DNA of 64,000 bases from Gammaproteobacteria bacterium (GCA_965277405.1 OZ255726.1:1847128-1911127); one strand, 5' to 3'; positions 44,556-55,924 are shown, numbered from the stretch's first letter. The notes: generated by a model not told the origin, from the letters alone. Program-made: numbers and translations.

Positions 44556-45437
44556 CTAGATATGCGTGATGTATTGGGAAAATAGTTGGTAGTCTAGCAG
44601 CCAGTCTGGGCCAAAGTAGATACATAGCCATGCGGGAATGAGCAAAAATGGGCCAAACGGCATTGGATCGTGCAGGTTGCGCATCCGTAATGTTGCAGTA
44701 AGCAGGTTAAACAATAACCCTGTAACACTGCCAACAAATATAATGGTTATTAACGAATCATAGCCAGCCCAAGCACCAAGCGCTGCGAGCAGTTTAATAT
44801 CTCCCATTCCAAGTGCTTCACGGTGCAACACGGCTTTGCTAGCAATGTAGAGCACATAGAAAAAACCATATCCAGCGATGCAGCCGATAAACGCCTCATA
44901 AAAACGTTGCTGTGTGTAAAAGTGATAGATGAGACCACTCCACAATAATGCATACACCAACACATCAGGTAATATCTGGTGCTTGCCGTCAATGAGCAGT
45001 AGGCTGAACATCAGCATTGATGCGGCTATCAGCGCGAATGCATCGAGGCTTATACCAAAGGTATGGACGATGAGTACACACAGCCAAGCACTGACGATTT
45101 CGACGAGTGGGTAAGTTATACTTATTGGTGATTTGCAGGAATGACATTTACCGCATACCGCCAGATAACTGAAAACAGGTATCAACAGCCACCACGGCAA
45201 TGACCTTGCGCATGTTGGGCAATGCGAGCGTGGGGTAATTAGATTGAATGGAGGTGGCGGTTGCTCCGTTGGTAGCTCAAGATACTCTTGTGCCGCTGCA
45301 GTCCATGACTGGTTTAGCATGATGGGCAGGCGGTGGGTGAGGCAATTGAGAAAGCTGCCAGCGAGTAAACCAAATAACCCTGCCAGCAGTAAATGGATAT
45401 ATGCAGGGTAGAAAGTGATGCTATACAATCCATTCAT
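44556..45437 (-). CDS. pilD: Type IV prepilin peptidase (A24 family)
   Basis: An N-terminal cytoplasmic Cys motif (…CLTHRLP…CPTCARSL…) and a polytopic membrane domain carrying the conserved Asp residues. Confidence 0.75.
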   Translation of the reverse strand: MNGLYSITFYPAYIHLLLAGLFGLLAGSFLNCLTHRLPIMLNQSWTAAAQEYLELPTEQPPPPFNLITPRSHCPTCARSLPWWLLIPVFSYLAVCGKCHSCKSPISITYPLVEIVSAWLCVLIVHTFGISLDAFALIAASMLMFSLLLIDGKHQILPDVLVYALLWSGLIYHFYTQQRFYEAFIGCIAGYGFFYVLYIASKAVLHREALGMGDIKLLAALGAWAGYDSLITIIFVGSVTGLLFNLLTATLRMRNLHDPMPFGPFLLIPAWLCIYFGPDWLLDYQLFSQYITHI

Positions 45438-45451
45438 TAATTTGGATTTTG

Positions 45452-45673
45452 CTAGGTAAGACGGTGCAGCGGTCCGCTAACGTGCAACAGTCCAGTTGTC
45501 AGCCCATACACAATCATAATAACCAATAGCGCACAAAGCCCGACCCGCAGATATAGCATGTAGAGTAGTCGCCGTTGCGATGCGTTGTCTTTGATTAAAA
45601 ATACCAAGCCTACAGCAAGACTGGCTACGGCTGCAACAAACACAATGACAATCGCCATGCTATACAGATTCAT
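45452..45673 (-). CDS. DUF2909-type small two-TM membrane protein
   Basis: 73 aa with two hydrophobic helices separated by a basic loop (…KDNASQRRLLYMLYLR…). Confidence 0.45.
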   Translation of the reverse strand: MNLYSMAIVIVFVAAVASLAVGLVFLIKDNASQRRLLYMLYLRVGLCALLVIMIVYGLTTGLLHVSGPLHRLT

Positions 45674-46935
45674 GAAATTGGACTGAGTGTTTTTTGGTTG
45701 CCAAGATATGGTTGCAGGGCTTTAGGAATAGCAATATCGCCGTTATCAAGACTGTGGTTTTCGATGATTGCCAGTAGCGCACGCCCAACTGCAACGCCTG
45801 AACCGTTGAGAGTATGAATAAGAACATTTTCCCCATTGATTTTAACTCTACTTTGCATTCTTCGCGCTTGAAAGTCGAGACAGTTACTCACTGAAGAAAT
45901 TTCTCGATACGTTTGTTGCGATGGTAGCCAGACCTCAAGATCGTATGTTTTTGCCGCAGCAAAGCCAAGGTCACCACCACAAAGATTAACAACGCGATAC
46001 GCCAGTTCAAGTTTTTGTAAAATTCTTTCTGCGTGACTGAGCATTTCTTCGTGAGCTTGCCATGAGTTGCTTGGTTCGACTAATTGCACCATTTCTACTT
46101 TGTCAAATTGGTGTTGGCGAAACATCCCGCGGTTGTCTGTGCCATAGCTGCCAGCTTCGCGGCGAAAGCACGGAGAGTGAGCAACAAGTTTGAGAGGGAG
46201 CTTGGCTGGAGTAGTAATTGTTTCGCGGAGGAAGTTACTCAACGGAATTTCTGCAGTTGGAATTAAACAGGCGCTATCGTTTTTGCAGAAAAAAATATCT
46301 TCGGCAAATTTTGGTAGTTGTCCTGTTCCATATGCCGACTGCGGGCTAACCAGATATGGCACATAACATTCTTGATAGTTATGCTCGTTGATATGGGTGT
46401 CAAGCATCATTGCCGCGAGCGCACGGTGCAGTCGGGCTGCTGGACCACGCAGTATTACAAATCGTGCCCCCGCAAGCTTGGCAGCAAGGCCAAAGTCAAG
46501 TCCAAACTTTTCTCCTAGGTCGACATGGTCTGCTGAAAGAGTGGTATTGACTGCTCCTGTTATCTTCACAACCTCGTTTTCTGCTGCTGAACTGCCTATT
46601 GGCACAGATGCATCTGGGATGTTGGGAATACTGTCGAGTAAGTCTTGGAGTTGCTGTTGTACAATTTCAAATTGCTGTTGATTGAGTTTAATCTCTGCGT
46701 TGATATCTTGCATTGCCGCAATCATTGCTGCGGTATCTGTGTCATTTTTTTTGGCAATGGCGATATCTTTTGCACCTTGATTGCGTTGTGCTTGCAGGCG
46801 TTGTAGCTGTTGTTGTGATTCGCATCGTTGCTGTTCGATTGCTTGGTATTGATGCTCTTCAATGATGAAGTGTTTTTTTTTCAGTGCGGTCTGCACGGTT
46901 GAAAATTCGTGGCGTAGGCGCGTAGAGTCAATCAT
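45670..46935 (-). CDS. serS: Seryl-tRNA synthetase
   Basis: An N-terminal coiled-coil arm and class II core motifs (…FRRE…, …GSGVAVGRALLAIIEN…). The likely start MIDSTRL is at 46935. Confidence 0.9.
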   Translation of the reverse strand: MIDSTRLRHEFSTVQTALKKKHFIIEEHQYQAIEQQRCESQQQLQRLQAQRNQGAKDIAIAKKNDTDTAAMIAAMQDINAEIKLNQQQFEIVQQQLQDLLDSIPNIPDASVPIGSSAAENEVVKITGAVNTTLSADHVDLGEKFGLDFGLAAKLAGARFVILRGPAARLHRALAAMMLDTHINEHNYQECYVPYLVSPQSAYGTGQLPKFAEDIFFCKNDSACLIPTAEIPLSNFLRETITTPAKLPLKLVAHSPCFRREAGSYGTDNRGMFRQHQFDKVEMVQLVEPSNSWQAHEEMLSHAERILQKLELAYRVVNLCGGDLGFAAAKTYDLEVWLPSQQTYREISSVSNCLDFQARRMQSRVKINGENVLIHTLNGSGVAVGRALLAIIENHSLDNGDIAIPKALQPYLGNQKTLSPIS

Positions 46936-47303
46936 ATTCGTAGAGTAGATATTAATAAAAAACCAAGGGCACAACCAGCTACGCAGGTAGTGATAGATCC
47001 AAAAGCATAGGTTATTGCACCAAGCATGTTGGTTTCAAACATGCGGAACACTTCTAGCGAAACAGTCGAGAATGAAGTGAATGATCCAAGCAGACCGATT
47101 TGCAGAAAATGCCGCGTTGATTCAATCATTTGGAATTGTTTGAGCAGAGCAAAAAAAACACCAATACACAACGATCCCAGCACGTTGCAAAGCAGTGTGC
47201 CCCAATTGAATGTATTTGCTAGAGTGGCAAATTGCATGCTTATCTGCCAGCGCATGATAGCACCAATGGCGCCGCCAATTGCTACTGAGATAAGTGCGAG
47301 CAT
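46932..47303 (-). CDS. crcB: Fluoride channel CrcB/FluC
   Basis: About 124 aa with four TM helices and …GGAIGAIMR… and …GSFTSFSTVSLE… motifs. The start MLALISVAIGG is at 47303. Confidence 0.8.
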   Translation of the reverse strand: MLALISVAIGGAIGAIMRWQISMQFATLANTFNWGTLLCNVLGSLCIGVFFALLKQFQMIESTRHFLQIGLLGSFTSFSTVSLEVFRMFETNMLGAITYAFGSITTCVAGCALGFLLISTLRI

Positions 47304-47307
47304 AGTT

Positions 47308-48303
47308 TTATTCTCGTTGCGATAAATATTCGACAAGCGGATAAACGGCACCAGCAAGCCAACCTATGAAACTTTTTTCTTTGCGTTTTACAATAAGCGC
47401 TGCATTGATACGTGCCAATGTCTTGTTAATGAATTGCTCTTCTTTTGGGGTAGTATTAATATCCAATTGTTGGCTGAAATGCTCTGCAAACAGCCGAGCA
47501 GTCTCAGCACGAGTTATCCGTGCGGCAGTTAGATCTGCAAACGCTGTTGATTTCTCACTGACAAATTTCTTGTTTTCATACACCTCAATTTTTTTTAGAT
47601 ACCCAGAAGAATAATAGGTTCGTTGTGCCCCATCAAGTTTGTTGTTGGAGTAATGAAAAACATCAACAAGTCGCCCGTCGCTGTGAAAGTTGAAGGTAAT
47701 TCCATTTTTTTTGCCATCAACATATTTGGAGGCTGATCGGAGTTTCCCAGAAATGAAATATTCGACACGGGCACCGTTATGTACCCCGTTTACTGACTGG
47801 ATATGGCGTTGGAGGTTGCCATTGGTGAAGTAATGAAACACGTCGCCATGCAGCACATTGTCAACGTAGCTCATTGTCGCGCTTAATGTACCGCTTAGAT
47901 AATAGAATTTTTTTTCACCCGAGAGCATGCCGTTAACATACATTGCTTTGACTTGGATCGAACCATTTGGAAAATACGTTTGGAATGGACCATGCGGCAC
48001 ATTCCCCACCATTTGCATTTCTGAAAGCAACTTGCCCTCAGCATACCGCAACATAATTCGGGCATCTGGTCGATTTGGTTTGAGTTGAGGGACTGTCTCT
48101 TTGTCGTTAAACGCATCGCGCATATCGAGCAATTGCTGTTGAAAAAAAGCTAGTGGATTATCAAAAAAATTAAGCGATGCAGCGGTGTCCATTGGCGTGG
48201 TCTGCGCAGCATCAGCTAATAATGGCAGCGGGGAGCAGTAGGCTAATGCGCATAAAGCTCGAAAAAAAAGAGTACGGTGTAACGCGTTGAATGTGATGGT
48301 CAT
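47308..48303 (-). CDS. Secreted MORN-variant repeat protein
   Basis: A signal peptide followed by about eight repeats of the type G.…Y..nG.L……Y..G.… (e.g. YYSSGYLKKIEVYENKK). Confidence 0.55.
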   Translation of the reverse strand: MTITFNALHRTLFFRALCALAYCSPLPLLADAAQTTPMDTAASLNFFDNPLAFFQQQLLDMRDAFNDKETVPQLKPNRPDARIMLRYAEGKLLSEMQMVGNVPHGPFQTYFPNGSIQVKAMYVNGMLSGEKKFYYLSGTLSATMSYVDNVLHGDVFHYFTNGNLQRHIQSVNGVHNGARVEYFISGKLRSASKYVDGKKNGITFNFHSDGRLVDVFHYSNNKLDGAQRTYYSSGYLKKIEVYENKKFVSEKSTAFADLTAARITRAETARLFAEHFSQQLDINTTPKEEQFINKTLARINAALIVKRKEKSFIGWLAGAVYPLVEYLSQRE

Positions 48304-49550
48304 TGGCTTTGCGAGCTAATATATTGCAGCCAAAAAGTTGCTATCCATGCAATTATATCGCGCCCAAGTGCTGCTTTTTTCTTTGGCCCGAAGGTTTGTT
48401 GTGGTTGTGCGTGGTGTATTGTAGCGCGGGTATAGGCAGTTACAGTATGTTCTACGTCACCAAAACCGCAGTTTTTGCCAACCATATTTGCAAAGATAAT
48501 ATCAAGTTTTTTGTGTGCGAGTTTCTCTTTAGCGTGTTGCTCTACCTGTTCTGTCTCAGCTGCGAATCCAATGAATAGCTGTTGTTTGCTGTTACGCAGA
48601 CTTGCACTTAGGGCAATATCGGCGGTTTTCACTAGCTGCAGGGTTATTGTGTCAGCGTCTTTTTTTATTTTTTGCTGTAGTTCTTTTGCTGGTTTATAGT
48701 TTGCAACCGCAGCACAAAAAATCATAATATCCTGTTGCGGCTGCGCTCGTTGGACAGCCGCATTCATTGCTGCAGCACTGGTAACATCATACCATTGCGT
48801 AAGGCTAGTTGGTTTGCTGATATGGACAGGACCAGAAATCAATGTCACCGCAGCGCCGGCATCAATTGCAGCCTGGGCAAGGCTATAGCCCATAAGTCCA
48901 GTGCTGGTATTGCTGATGTATCGAACTGGGTCAAGCGCCTCATGGGTTGGTCCTGCGGTAATGAGTATCCGCACTCCAGCGAGCACTGGCGGTGCAGCAA
49001 ATTGTTGCAAGCGTTTGATGATTGCCATTGGTTCACACATTCTGCCTGCGCCGAGCTCTCCACAGGCGAGCGTGCCGTCTTCACCAAACCAAACATGCAC
49101 GCCGCGTTGGCTGAGGATTGCTATGTTTGCTTGGGTGGCAGGGTGGTTCAGCATCGCGGTGTTCATCGCTGGGGCGATAATAATGGGAGCACGAGTAACC
49201 AATGCTAACGTGCTAATCAGCGTAGCGGACTTACCAATGGCTAGATCGGCAATGGTGTCTGCACTGGCAGGAGCAATGAGGAGGATATCAGCCCATCGCG
49301 CCAGGCTGATATGGTCCATCGCAGCTGCGCTTTGCGCAGCAAACATATCTGTGTGCACAGGGTTTTCAGACAATGCTTGCAATGTTAGTGGGGTAACAAA
49401 TTCCTGTGCAGCAGCGCTGAGACAGACCCGCACGTTGGCTGTTGCTTTGCGTAATTCACGGACGAGTTCACAGGTTTTGTATGCGGCAATACTCCCAGTA
49501 ATAGCAACAATAATGTTTTGCTTATTTAGAGTTGGCATGGCTGCGCTCAC
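48300..49550 (-). CDS. coaBC: Bifunctional phosphopantothenoylcysteine decarboxylase/synthetase
   Basis: An N-terminal flavoprotein domain (…IIVAITGSIAAYK…) and a C-terminal CoaB domain, 416 aa in total. Confidence 0.85.
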   Translation of the reverse strand: MSAAMPTLNKQNIIVAITGSIAAYKTCELVRELRKATANVRVCLSAAAQEFVTPLTLQALSENPVHTDMFAAQSAAAMDHISLARWADILLIAPASADTIADLAIGKSATLISTLALVTRAPIIIAPAMNTAMLNHPATQANIAILSQRGVHVWFGEDGTLACGELGAGRMCEPMAIIKRLQQFAAPPVLAGVRILITAGPTHEALDPVRYISNTSTGLMGYSLAQAAIDAGAAVTLISGPVHISKPTSLTQWYDVTSAAAMNAAVQRAQPQQDIMIFCAAVANYKPAKELQQKIKKDADTITLQLVKTADIALSASLRNSKQQLFIGFAAETEQVEQHAKEKLAHKKLDIIFANMVGKNCGFGDVEHTVTAYTRATIHHAQPQQTFGPKKKAALGRDIIAWIATFWLQYISSQSQ

Positions 49551-51387
49551 GGTGTTGACAATGGAGCAATAGCAGTTGTAACGCCGCTGGAGTAATGCCT
49601 ACAATCCGCCCTGCCATGCCGAGGGTTTCTGGACGGTGTGCTGCAAGTTTTTGTTGTAATTCAATAGAAAGTCCAGCCACACTTGCATAGTCAATATCAG
49701 CAGGAAGCTGTTGCTGTTCACGCGCATTGAGCTTGTCGATTTGCTGTTGTTGCCGGACAATGTAGCCTGCATAGCGTATTTCAGCGCAGACATGCTGGGC
49801 AACATCGCTGCGAGCAGGCGCTATTTTGGCAGCCGCGAGCAAAACGTGATATTTGACTTCTGGGCGTTTTAACAATGTCTCTAAATTCGTAGCTTGCTGT
49901 ATAGCTGCGATACCCGCTACGGTTGCTTGCTTTACTGATAACTGTGTTTGGCGTAGCCGTTGCTGTTCTTGTTGGATGCAGCGTTTTTTTTCTGCAAACT
50001 GTTTGATGCGTGCTACGGAAACAACACCAAGGTTATGACCAAGTGCACTCAGGCGGATGTCCGCATTGTCCTCGCGCAGCAGCAAACGGTATTCGGCACG
50101 AGATGTAAACATCCGATATGGCTCGTTGGTGCCACGGGTGATTAAGTCATCAACCAAGACCCCAAGATAGCTGGTATGTCGCTCGGCAATCCACGGGTCG
50201 CGGTGTAAACAATATCGTGCAGCGTTGATGCCAGCGTACAGTCCTTGGGATGCTGCTTCTTCGTATCCAGTGGTCCCATTGATCTGTCCAGCCAAATATA
50301 ACCCTTTGAGGTGTTGCGAAGCAAGGGTACGGTCGAGTTGGCGCGGGTCATAAAAGTCATATTCAATCGCGTATCCTGGTCGGGTAATCTTGGCTTGCTC
50401 AAGCCCTGGAATTGAGTTGACGTATTGTTGCTGCACTGCAAACGGCAACGATGTTGATAACCCGTTCGGGTATACCTCATCGTTATCAATTCCTTCAGGC
50501 TCAAGAAACACTTGGTGGCTGGGTTTATCGCTAAAGCGTTGAATTTTATCTTCAATTGACGGGCAATATCGCGGTCCGACGCCAGTAATATTACCACTGA
50601 ATAATGCAGATTGATGTAAATTGTCCGCAATAATGGCGTGGGTTCGCGCTGTGGTATGGGTAATGTGGCAAAGCAGTTGTTGTGGTTGCGGTTTTGTTGG
50701 TTTGAGATACGACATTGTTGGCGTGGGGGTATCCCCAGGCTGTGCTGCTAGGGTGTTGTAATCGATAGTAGAACGGCGTAACCGCGGTGGAGTTCCGGTT
50801 TTTAAACGGTTTGTGGTGATTCCGAGTGCTTGCATTTGCACTGCTAATTCATTGCTTGGTGGCTCCCCAGCGCGCCCGCCGCGTAGTTGTGTTGAGCCAA
50901 TGCAGATGCTGCCGTGCAAAAATGTGCCCGCAGTCAGCACTACAGCAGCGCAACTCAATTCAATACCAATACTGGTGCGGATGCCTGTTATATTTCCACT
51001 CTTAATGTTGAAGCTGGCAACACTGTCTTGAAACACATCAAGATTATCTTGCCCCATTACCATCGCCAGCACTGCTGCTTTATACAGTTGTCTATCGCAT
51101 TGTGCGCGAGTAGCTTGCACAGCAGGGCCTTTGCTGGCGTTGAGGACGCGTACATGAATTGCGGCGGCGTCGCAGGCACGCGCCATGGCGCCGTCGAGGG
51201 CGTCAACTTCTCTGACGAGATGGCTTTTACCGATGCCGCCAATCGACGGGTTGCAGGACATTTGCCCAATTGTTTCAATGTTTTGAGTAATCAGCAATGT
51301 TGATACGCCAATACGCGCGCTGGCAAGCGCGGCTTCAGTGCCTGCATGCCCGCCGCCAATGACTATAACTTGATATTGTGGTGACAT
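49522..51387 (-). CDS. mnmG: tRNA uridine-5-carboxymethylaminomethyl modification enzyme MnmG (GidA)
   Basis: …YQVIVIGGGHAGTEAALASAR…MSCNPSIGG… and a length of 621 aa. Confidence 0.9.
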   Translation of the reverse strand: MSPQYQVIVIGGGHAGTEAALASARIGVSTLLITQNIETIGQMSCNPSIGGIGKSHLVREVDALDGAMARACDAAAIHVRVLNASKGPAVQATRAQCDRQLYKAAVLAMVMGQDNLDVFQDSVASFNIKSGNITGIRTSIGIELSCAAVVLTAGTFLHGSICIGSTQLRGGRAGEPPSNELAVQMQALGITTNRLKTGTPPRLRRSTIDYNTLAAQPGDTPTPTMSYLKPTKPQPQQLLCHITHTTARTHAIIADNLHQSALFSGNITGVGPRYCPSIEDKIQRFSDKPSHQVFLEPEGIDNDEVYPNGLSTSLPFAVQQQYVNSIPGLEQAKITRPGYAIEYDFYDPRQLDRTLASQHLKGLYLAGQINGTTGYEEAASQGLYAGINAARYCLHRDPWIAERHTSYLGVLVDDLITRGTNEPYRMFTSRAEYRLLLREDNADIRLSALGHNLGVVSVARIKQFAEKKRCIQQEQQRLRQTQLSVKQATVAGIAAIQQATNLETLLKRPEVKYHVLLAAAKIAPARSDVAQHVCAEIRYAGYIVRQQQQIDKLNAREQQQLPADIDYASVAGLSIELQQKLAAHRPETLGMAGRIVGITPAALQLLLLHCQHRERSHANSK

Positions 51388-51390
51388 CGG

Positions 51391-52145
<755 letters not shown>

Positions 52146-52265
52146 TCAGAGTCCCTTACAGATACTAGGGACATTGTAATCGCTAGCGCGACACACTATG
52201 ATTATACAACGAAACGCATGGCGTGATAGACTTCATTTGCTGTTGTATCGATAGCGACTGTGTTA

Positions 52266-54305
52266 CTACTTAGCTGGGCTGATGATGCCTTTTACTCTGG
52301 CATTGAGCTGCCAGCGTAACAGTTCAATAAAAGCTTGTTGTCGAGTTTGCTGCACTTTGTCAGCAGTGCTTGCAGCACTGCTGACAAGCAGGCTCGTGCT
52401 ATTTTCCCAAGGATAAAATACAGGATTACCACTTAGAGGATAGGCTCCTTTTTTATCAATCCAAAGTGAGGTGTTGTAACCAAAGTCCCGTCGTTTATCG
52501 TCCGTAACAGCAAGCATATTACGACCAGCTAATGCCTGATATTCTGTGTTTGATAGGCTATAGCAATATAAGGTTGGAAAAATGTCTTTATGAGATCCTA
52601 CCCTATTTTTATCAAACTTCCATGCACTGTGCTTCAGTATTTCTTTAGGAACATACAAATAGAATGGAACAGCATGGTCTAACATTTGCTCTTTAGGGTA
52701 GAATGCATTTAAACGACGCATTTTGTGGTCTTCACTCGCTGCGACCAGTGTTTTTTCACCCACTGGTAAGTTTTTGATGTTAGCCATAAATTGCCCAAAA
52801 GCATCAGCTGCAAACTGATAGGTTTCGAGAATATTTTTTTGCGCTATATCACCATCGACTTCGTGTTTTGCAAGCGCTGCAGTTATAGTAACAGGTGCTG
52901 CCTCGTACCGTGCTGGCGTGACGTAGGGCGGATGATTTGTAATAGTCAAAATACTGATAAAAAGAGGTTCTTTTGTTTCTTTTAATAAGGTTTCGGCAAG
53001 ACGGTAAGCGTAATCATCTGGCACTCCCCAGTCAGTTAATTCTGCAGCAGACTCTGGGTATAGATCTATGAGTGTATTTTGATCATACACGCTATCTACC
53101 CCTTGTACATGCAGGTAGTTAACTAAATTACGCCACATCATGTTACCTGACGAAATAAATACTATTTTGTAACCAGCTTGTTTATAGACCGCAAATGGGG
53201 TGCCGCTAAGTTTTATTTTTTGTGCTGAACTGTGACTGATGTTTGGGACAGGACTATGGAAAAACATTGCCGCCAGTGAAGGTGCTGTGGCATTGCCCTC
53301 TGAAACAAAGCGTTTAGCCGCCAGTGAAGGTGCTGTGGCATTGCCCTCTGAAACAAAGCGTTTAAAAACAAAATCTTCTTTAAAGTGTGGTCGAAGACTG
53401 CCTAATAAATCATTTTTGCCTGGTTGATCAAAAGTTAGCATGTTATTACCAAAGCTTTCCATTAATACCATGACGACATTGGGTTGATGTTTTGCAAGCC
53501 ATGGGTTTACTGTGGTACGCGACTTCAGGCTATTTAAGCCAGAGTTCGCTATCAATGAGTCGCCTTTCTCTTGCGTCACTGCCTGAAACGCAGTGTCTGC
53601 ATTATGGTCTTTGATAGCCCAGTTTATCGCCATTAAGCCATTGGGTGTCAGTTTATTCAGCACAATTAAGTTAGAAATTTGGGAGTTACTTCGTCGTAAC
53701 GGAAAAGTACTTACACTCCCACGCGCTGCGATAGATACAACAGTCAAGACAATCAGTACATAGATAATAAAAACGCCGACTCGCCACGGCTTGAGCGGCT
53801 TATCTTGTAAGCTGGTTTTAGCCAATCGAGCAGGTATCGCAGCGCATAATATAGCAAGAGCAAGACCACGAATCACCGGATAATCTTGCCACATATTAGC
53901 AAGCACATTGGTCGTATCTTCGGCTAAGCCAAAGGCAAAAACATCAATATGATTGTGATAGGTTTGGTAGTAGTAAAAGTTACTAATGGCAACCACAGCT
54001 ACAAAGAATGCGATAACACCAAACAAGCTTGGGGTAAAACGCACTAATAGCTGCCAAGTAGGTCGACTGATAGCAAATAGTAAACCAACTACAGCAAATG
54101 GAATGAGGAGCATGCCTGCAATGCGTAAATCATAGCGTAGCCCAGTCAACCACATACGAGTAACATCGGCGCTGTTACTGGTTAATTGGGCTGGTTCTGT
54201 AAAGTTAACCAACATAAAATAACGCGCAATCATCAAGATGGAAACCAACCAAACCAATTGGTAACTCAAGGTTGTTATAAAAGTGCGTATTCTTATTTGA
54301 TACAT
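52266..54305 (-). CDS. LTA-synthase/sulfatase-family membrane protein, paralog 2
   Basis: 679 aa with an N-terminal multi-TM region and a C-terminal sulfatase-like domain. It contains an internal perfect 16-aa duplication. Confidence 0.7.
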   Translation of the reverse strand: MYQIRIRTFITTLSYQLVWLVSILMIARYFMLVNFTEPAQLTSNSADVTRMWLTGLRYDLRIAGMLLIPFAVVGLLFAISRPTWQLLVRFTPSLFGVIAFFVAVVAISNFYYYQTYHNHIDVFAFGLAEDTTNVLANMWQDYPVIRGLALAILCAAIPARLAKTSLQDKPLKPWRVGVFIIYVLIVLTVVSIAARGSVSTFPLRRSNSQISNLIVLNKLTPNGLMAINWAIKDHNADTAFQAVTQEKGDSLIANSGLNSLKSRTTVNPWLAKHQPNVVMVLMESFGNNMLTFDQPGKNDLLGSLRPHFKEDFVFKRFVSEGNATAPSLAAKRFVSEGNATAPSLAAMFFHSPVPNISHSSAQKIKLSGTPFAVYKQAGYKIVFISSGNMMWRNLVNYLHVQGVDSVYDQNTLIDLYPESAAELTDWGVPDDYAYRLAETLLKETKEPLFISILTITNHPPYVTPARYEAAPVTITAALAKHEVDGDIAQKNILETYQFAADAFGQFMANIKNLPVGEKTLVAASEDHKMRRLNAFYPKEQMLDHAVPFYLYVPKEILKHSAWKFDKNRVGSHKDIFPTLYCYSLSNTEYQALAGRNMLAVTDDKRRDFGYNTSLWIDKKGAYPLSGNPVFYPWENSTSLLVSSAASTADKVQQTRQQAFIELLRWQLNARVKGIISPAK
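53269..53364. repeat. Perfect 48-bp tandem duplication (2 units) inside sulfatase paralog 2, in frame
   Basis: GCCGCCAGTGAAGGTGCTGTGGCATTGCCCTCTGAAACAAAGCGTTTA appears twice, back to back, and encodes KRFVSEGNATAPSLAA twice on the minus strand. Confidence 0.9.
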
Positions 54306-54382
54306 TAATTACAGCTCCATATACAGCTAATGATGCAAATATCTAAAACCAGTATATTAAACATACTCTTTAGTAAGTAGGA

Positions 54383-54660
54383 AACAGAAAATCTGGTTTA
54401 ATAATTAGAAAATCATCAGTTAGAATATTTTTAAATTCATCGTTACGCCAATTTTTATTTTATAAAAAAGTCAATTGCATTTTGTCTAAAATCATCAAAA
54501 TTGCGATACATTTTATTGTATAAAAATTTTTCATTAGAATTTCCCAAGTCGTTGAATAATATTAAGATTTATTAAATAAATAGATAGAATTTCAAGAAGG
54601 TTATTGTATGTGTTTTTAGAAAATATTTGATAACTTTTGCACGATAAGACCGAGATTTAT
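54383..54660. repeat. AT-rich ~250 bp direct repeat, copy 2 (immediately upstream of sulfatase paralog 2)
   Basis: It aligns with 51893..52145 in the same orientation. Both copies lie directly 5' of a minus-strand gene. Confidence 0.7.
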
Positions 54661-54793
54661 CTAAGTGTTCTTAAAATATAGGTACTTAAAAGTAAAAGCA
54701 AGGAAAGATCATCAAGCAGCGAAACAAGGGGAGGGTTGTGGCGTTGATCGTGAGGGGATTTGATTTACTGCAAAAAGTCATACACTTTGTGTT

Positions 54794-55099
54794 ATGGTGC
54801 TAATTTCTAATTTTAACACTTTTGTGCTATGCCATTATCAACACTTAAAGAAAAAAGGACAAATCACGCTTCCTTCTTCCATTCGCAGAGAGATACATGC
54901 GGAAAAGGGAGATATATTTGATTTTCGAGCACAAGAAGACCAGGTGATTATGACCCGTCAAAGAGTTGTTCCCGCCAATACAACACCGGCACAAACAAGA
55001 AAAGACCTTTCCAAATGGATAGGGGCAAAACCTAGTGTATTTAACACCGCGGATGAGGTTGATCAATTTATCCGTAATCAGCGTGATTTATGGAGTTAA
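54794..55099 (+). CDS. AbrB/SpoVT-type antitoxin (VapB-like), pair 2
   Basis: …KGQITLPSSIRREIHAEKGDIFDFRAQEDQVIM… is paralogous to 6477..6761. The start is uncertain, and a GTG at 54824 is plausible. Confidence 0.65.
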   Translation: MVLISNFNTFVLCHYQHLKKKGQITLPSSIRREIHAEKGDIFDFRAQEDQVIMTRQRVVPANTTPAQTRKDLSKWIGAKPSVFNTADEVDQFIRNQRDLWS

Positions 55100-55530
55100 A
55101 GGACAAACTGAAAGGAAGACAGGTTTATATTGATACAAATATAATTATTTATTTGGTAGAGGGTTTTTCATCTTATCAGCGGCTTGTTAACGACATCCAA
55201 GAACTGTTAGAAATAGAGGAGTTAATTGCATTTACCAGCGAACTTAGCCTGTGCGAGATCCTGATAAAACCTTTCAAAATGAATGCAACTGCAGGAGTAA
55301 GTTTGTTTCGCACCTTCTTGGAAGAAAGTAATTGCTTGGTATTGCTTCCCATAGATAAAGAAATTCTTGTTCAGTCTGCTTATATCTCAGCGGCTACAGG
55401 TTTAAAAACGCCAGATGCTATCCATGTAGCAACAGCAATAGCGAGTGACTGCGAAGTATTCTTCACGAATGACAACAATATACGAACACCAAAGAGGTTG
55501 GAGAAAGTTTTGTTTTCAGATTACCTATGA
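55090..55530 (+). CDS. PIN-domain toxin (VapC-like), pair 2
   Basis: …VYIDTNIIIYL…LKTPDAIHVATAI… with PIN acidic residues. It overlaps the antitoxin by 10 bp, as in pair 1. Confidence 0.7.
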   Translation: MELKDKLKGRQVYIDTNIIIYLVEGFSSYQRLVNDIQELLEIEELIAFTSELSLCEILIKPFKMNATAGVSLFRTFLEESNCLVLLPIDKEILVQSAYISAATGLKTPDAIHVATAIASDCEVFFTNDNNIRTPKRLEKVLFSDYL

Positions 55531-55924
55531 AATGAATTTTCATTCTCACGGCTTCCACACTCAATTAAGACACCAGCCAACCGCAGGCGACGCCGACGAT
55601 TAGTATAAAAAATGTGAGCATAGTTAGCGCTCGCTAGTTGCGCAGCATCCAGCTTTTCCCATTCGCTTCACTCCTTATGTTTAGTAACTAATACAGTACC
55701 AGCTTCTTAGTTAGCTGATGTCTGAACAACCTCCGTAGCATTTACACCCGTGCTTTTCACGGCAACAGATTTATGAACCAGCATTCTGCAAGTAATTGGC
55801 TGATTTCAGTTCGATCAGCTGCATCTGTGCTATTTTGCAGCACGGCTAGTGAAACTTTGTTTAATATACTGTTCAATATATAACGGTTTGCGGTACTTGC
55901 AGTGTTGCATCCTTAGGCGTATAG

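Noticed and set aside
47304-47420. Looked for a fluoride riboswitch upstream of crcB
   Set aside because: crcB starts 4 nt after the upstream MORN gene stop. There is no leader and no crcB-motif sequence.
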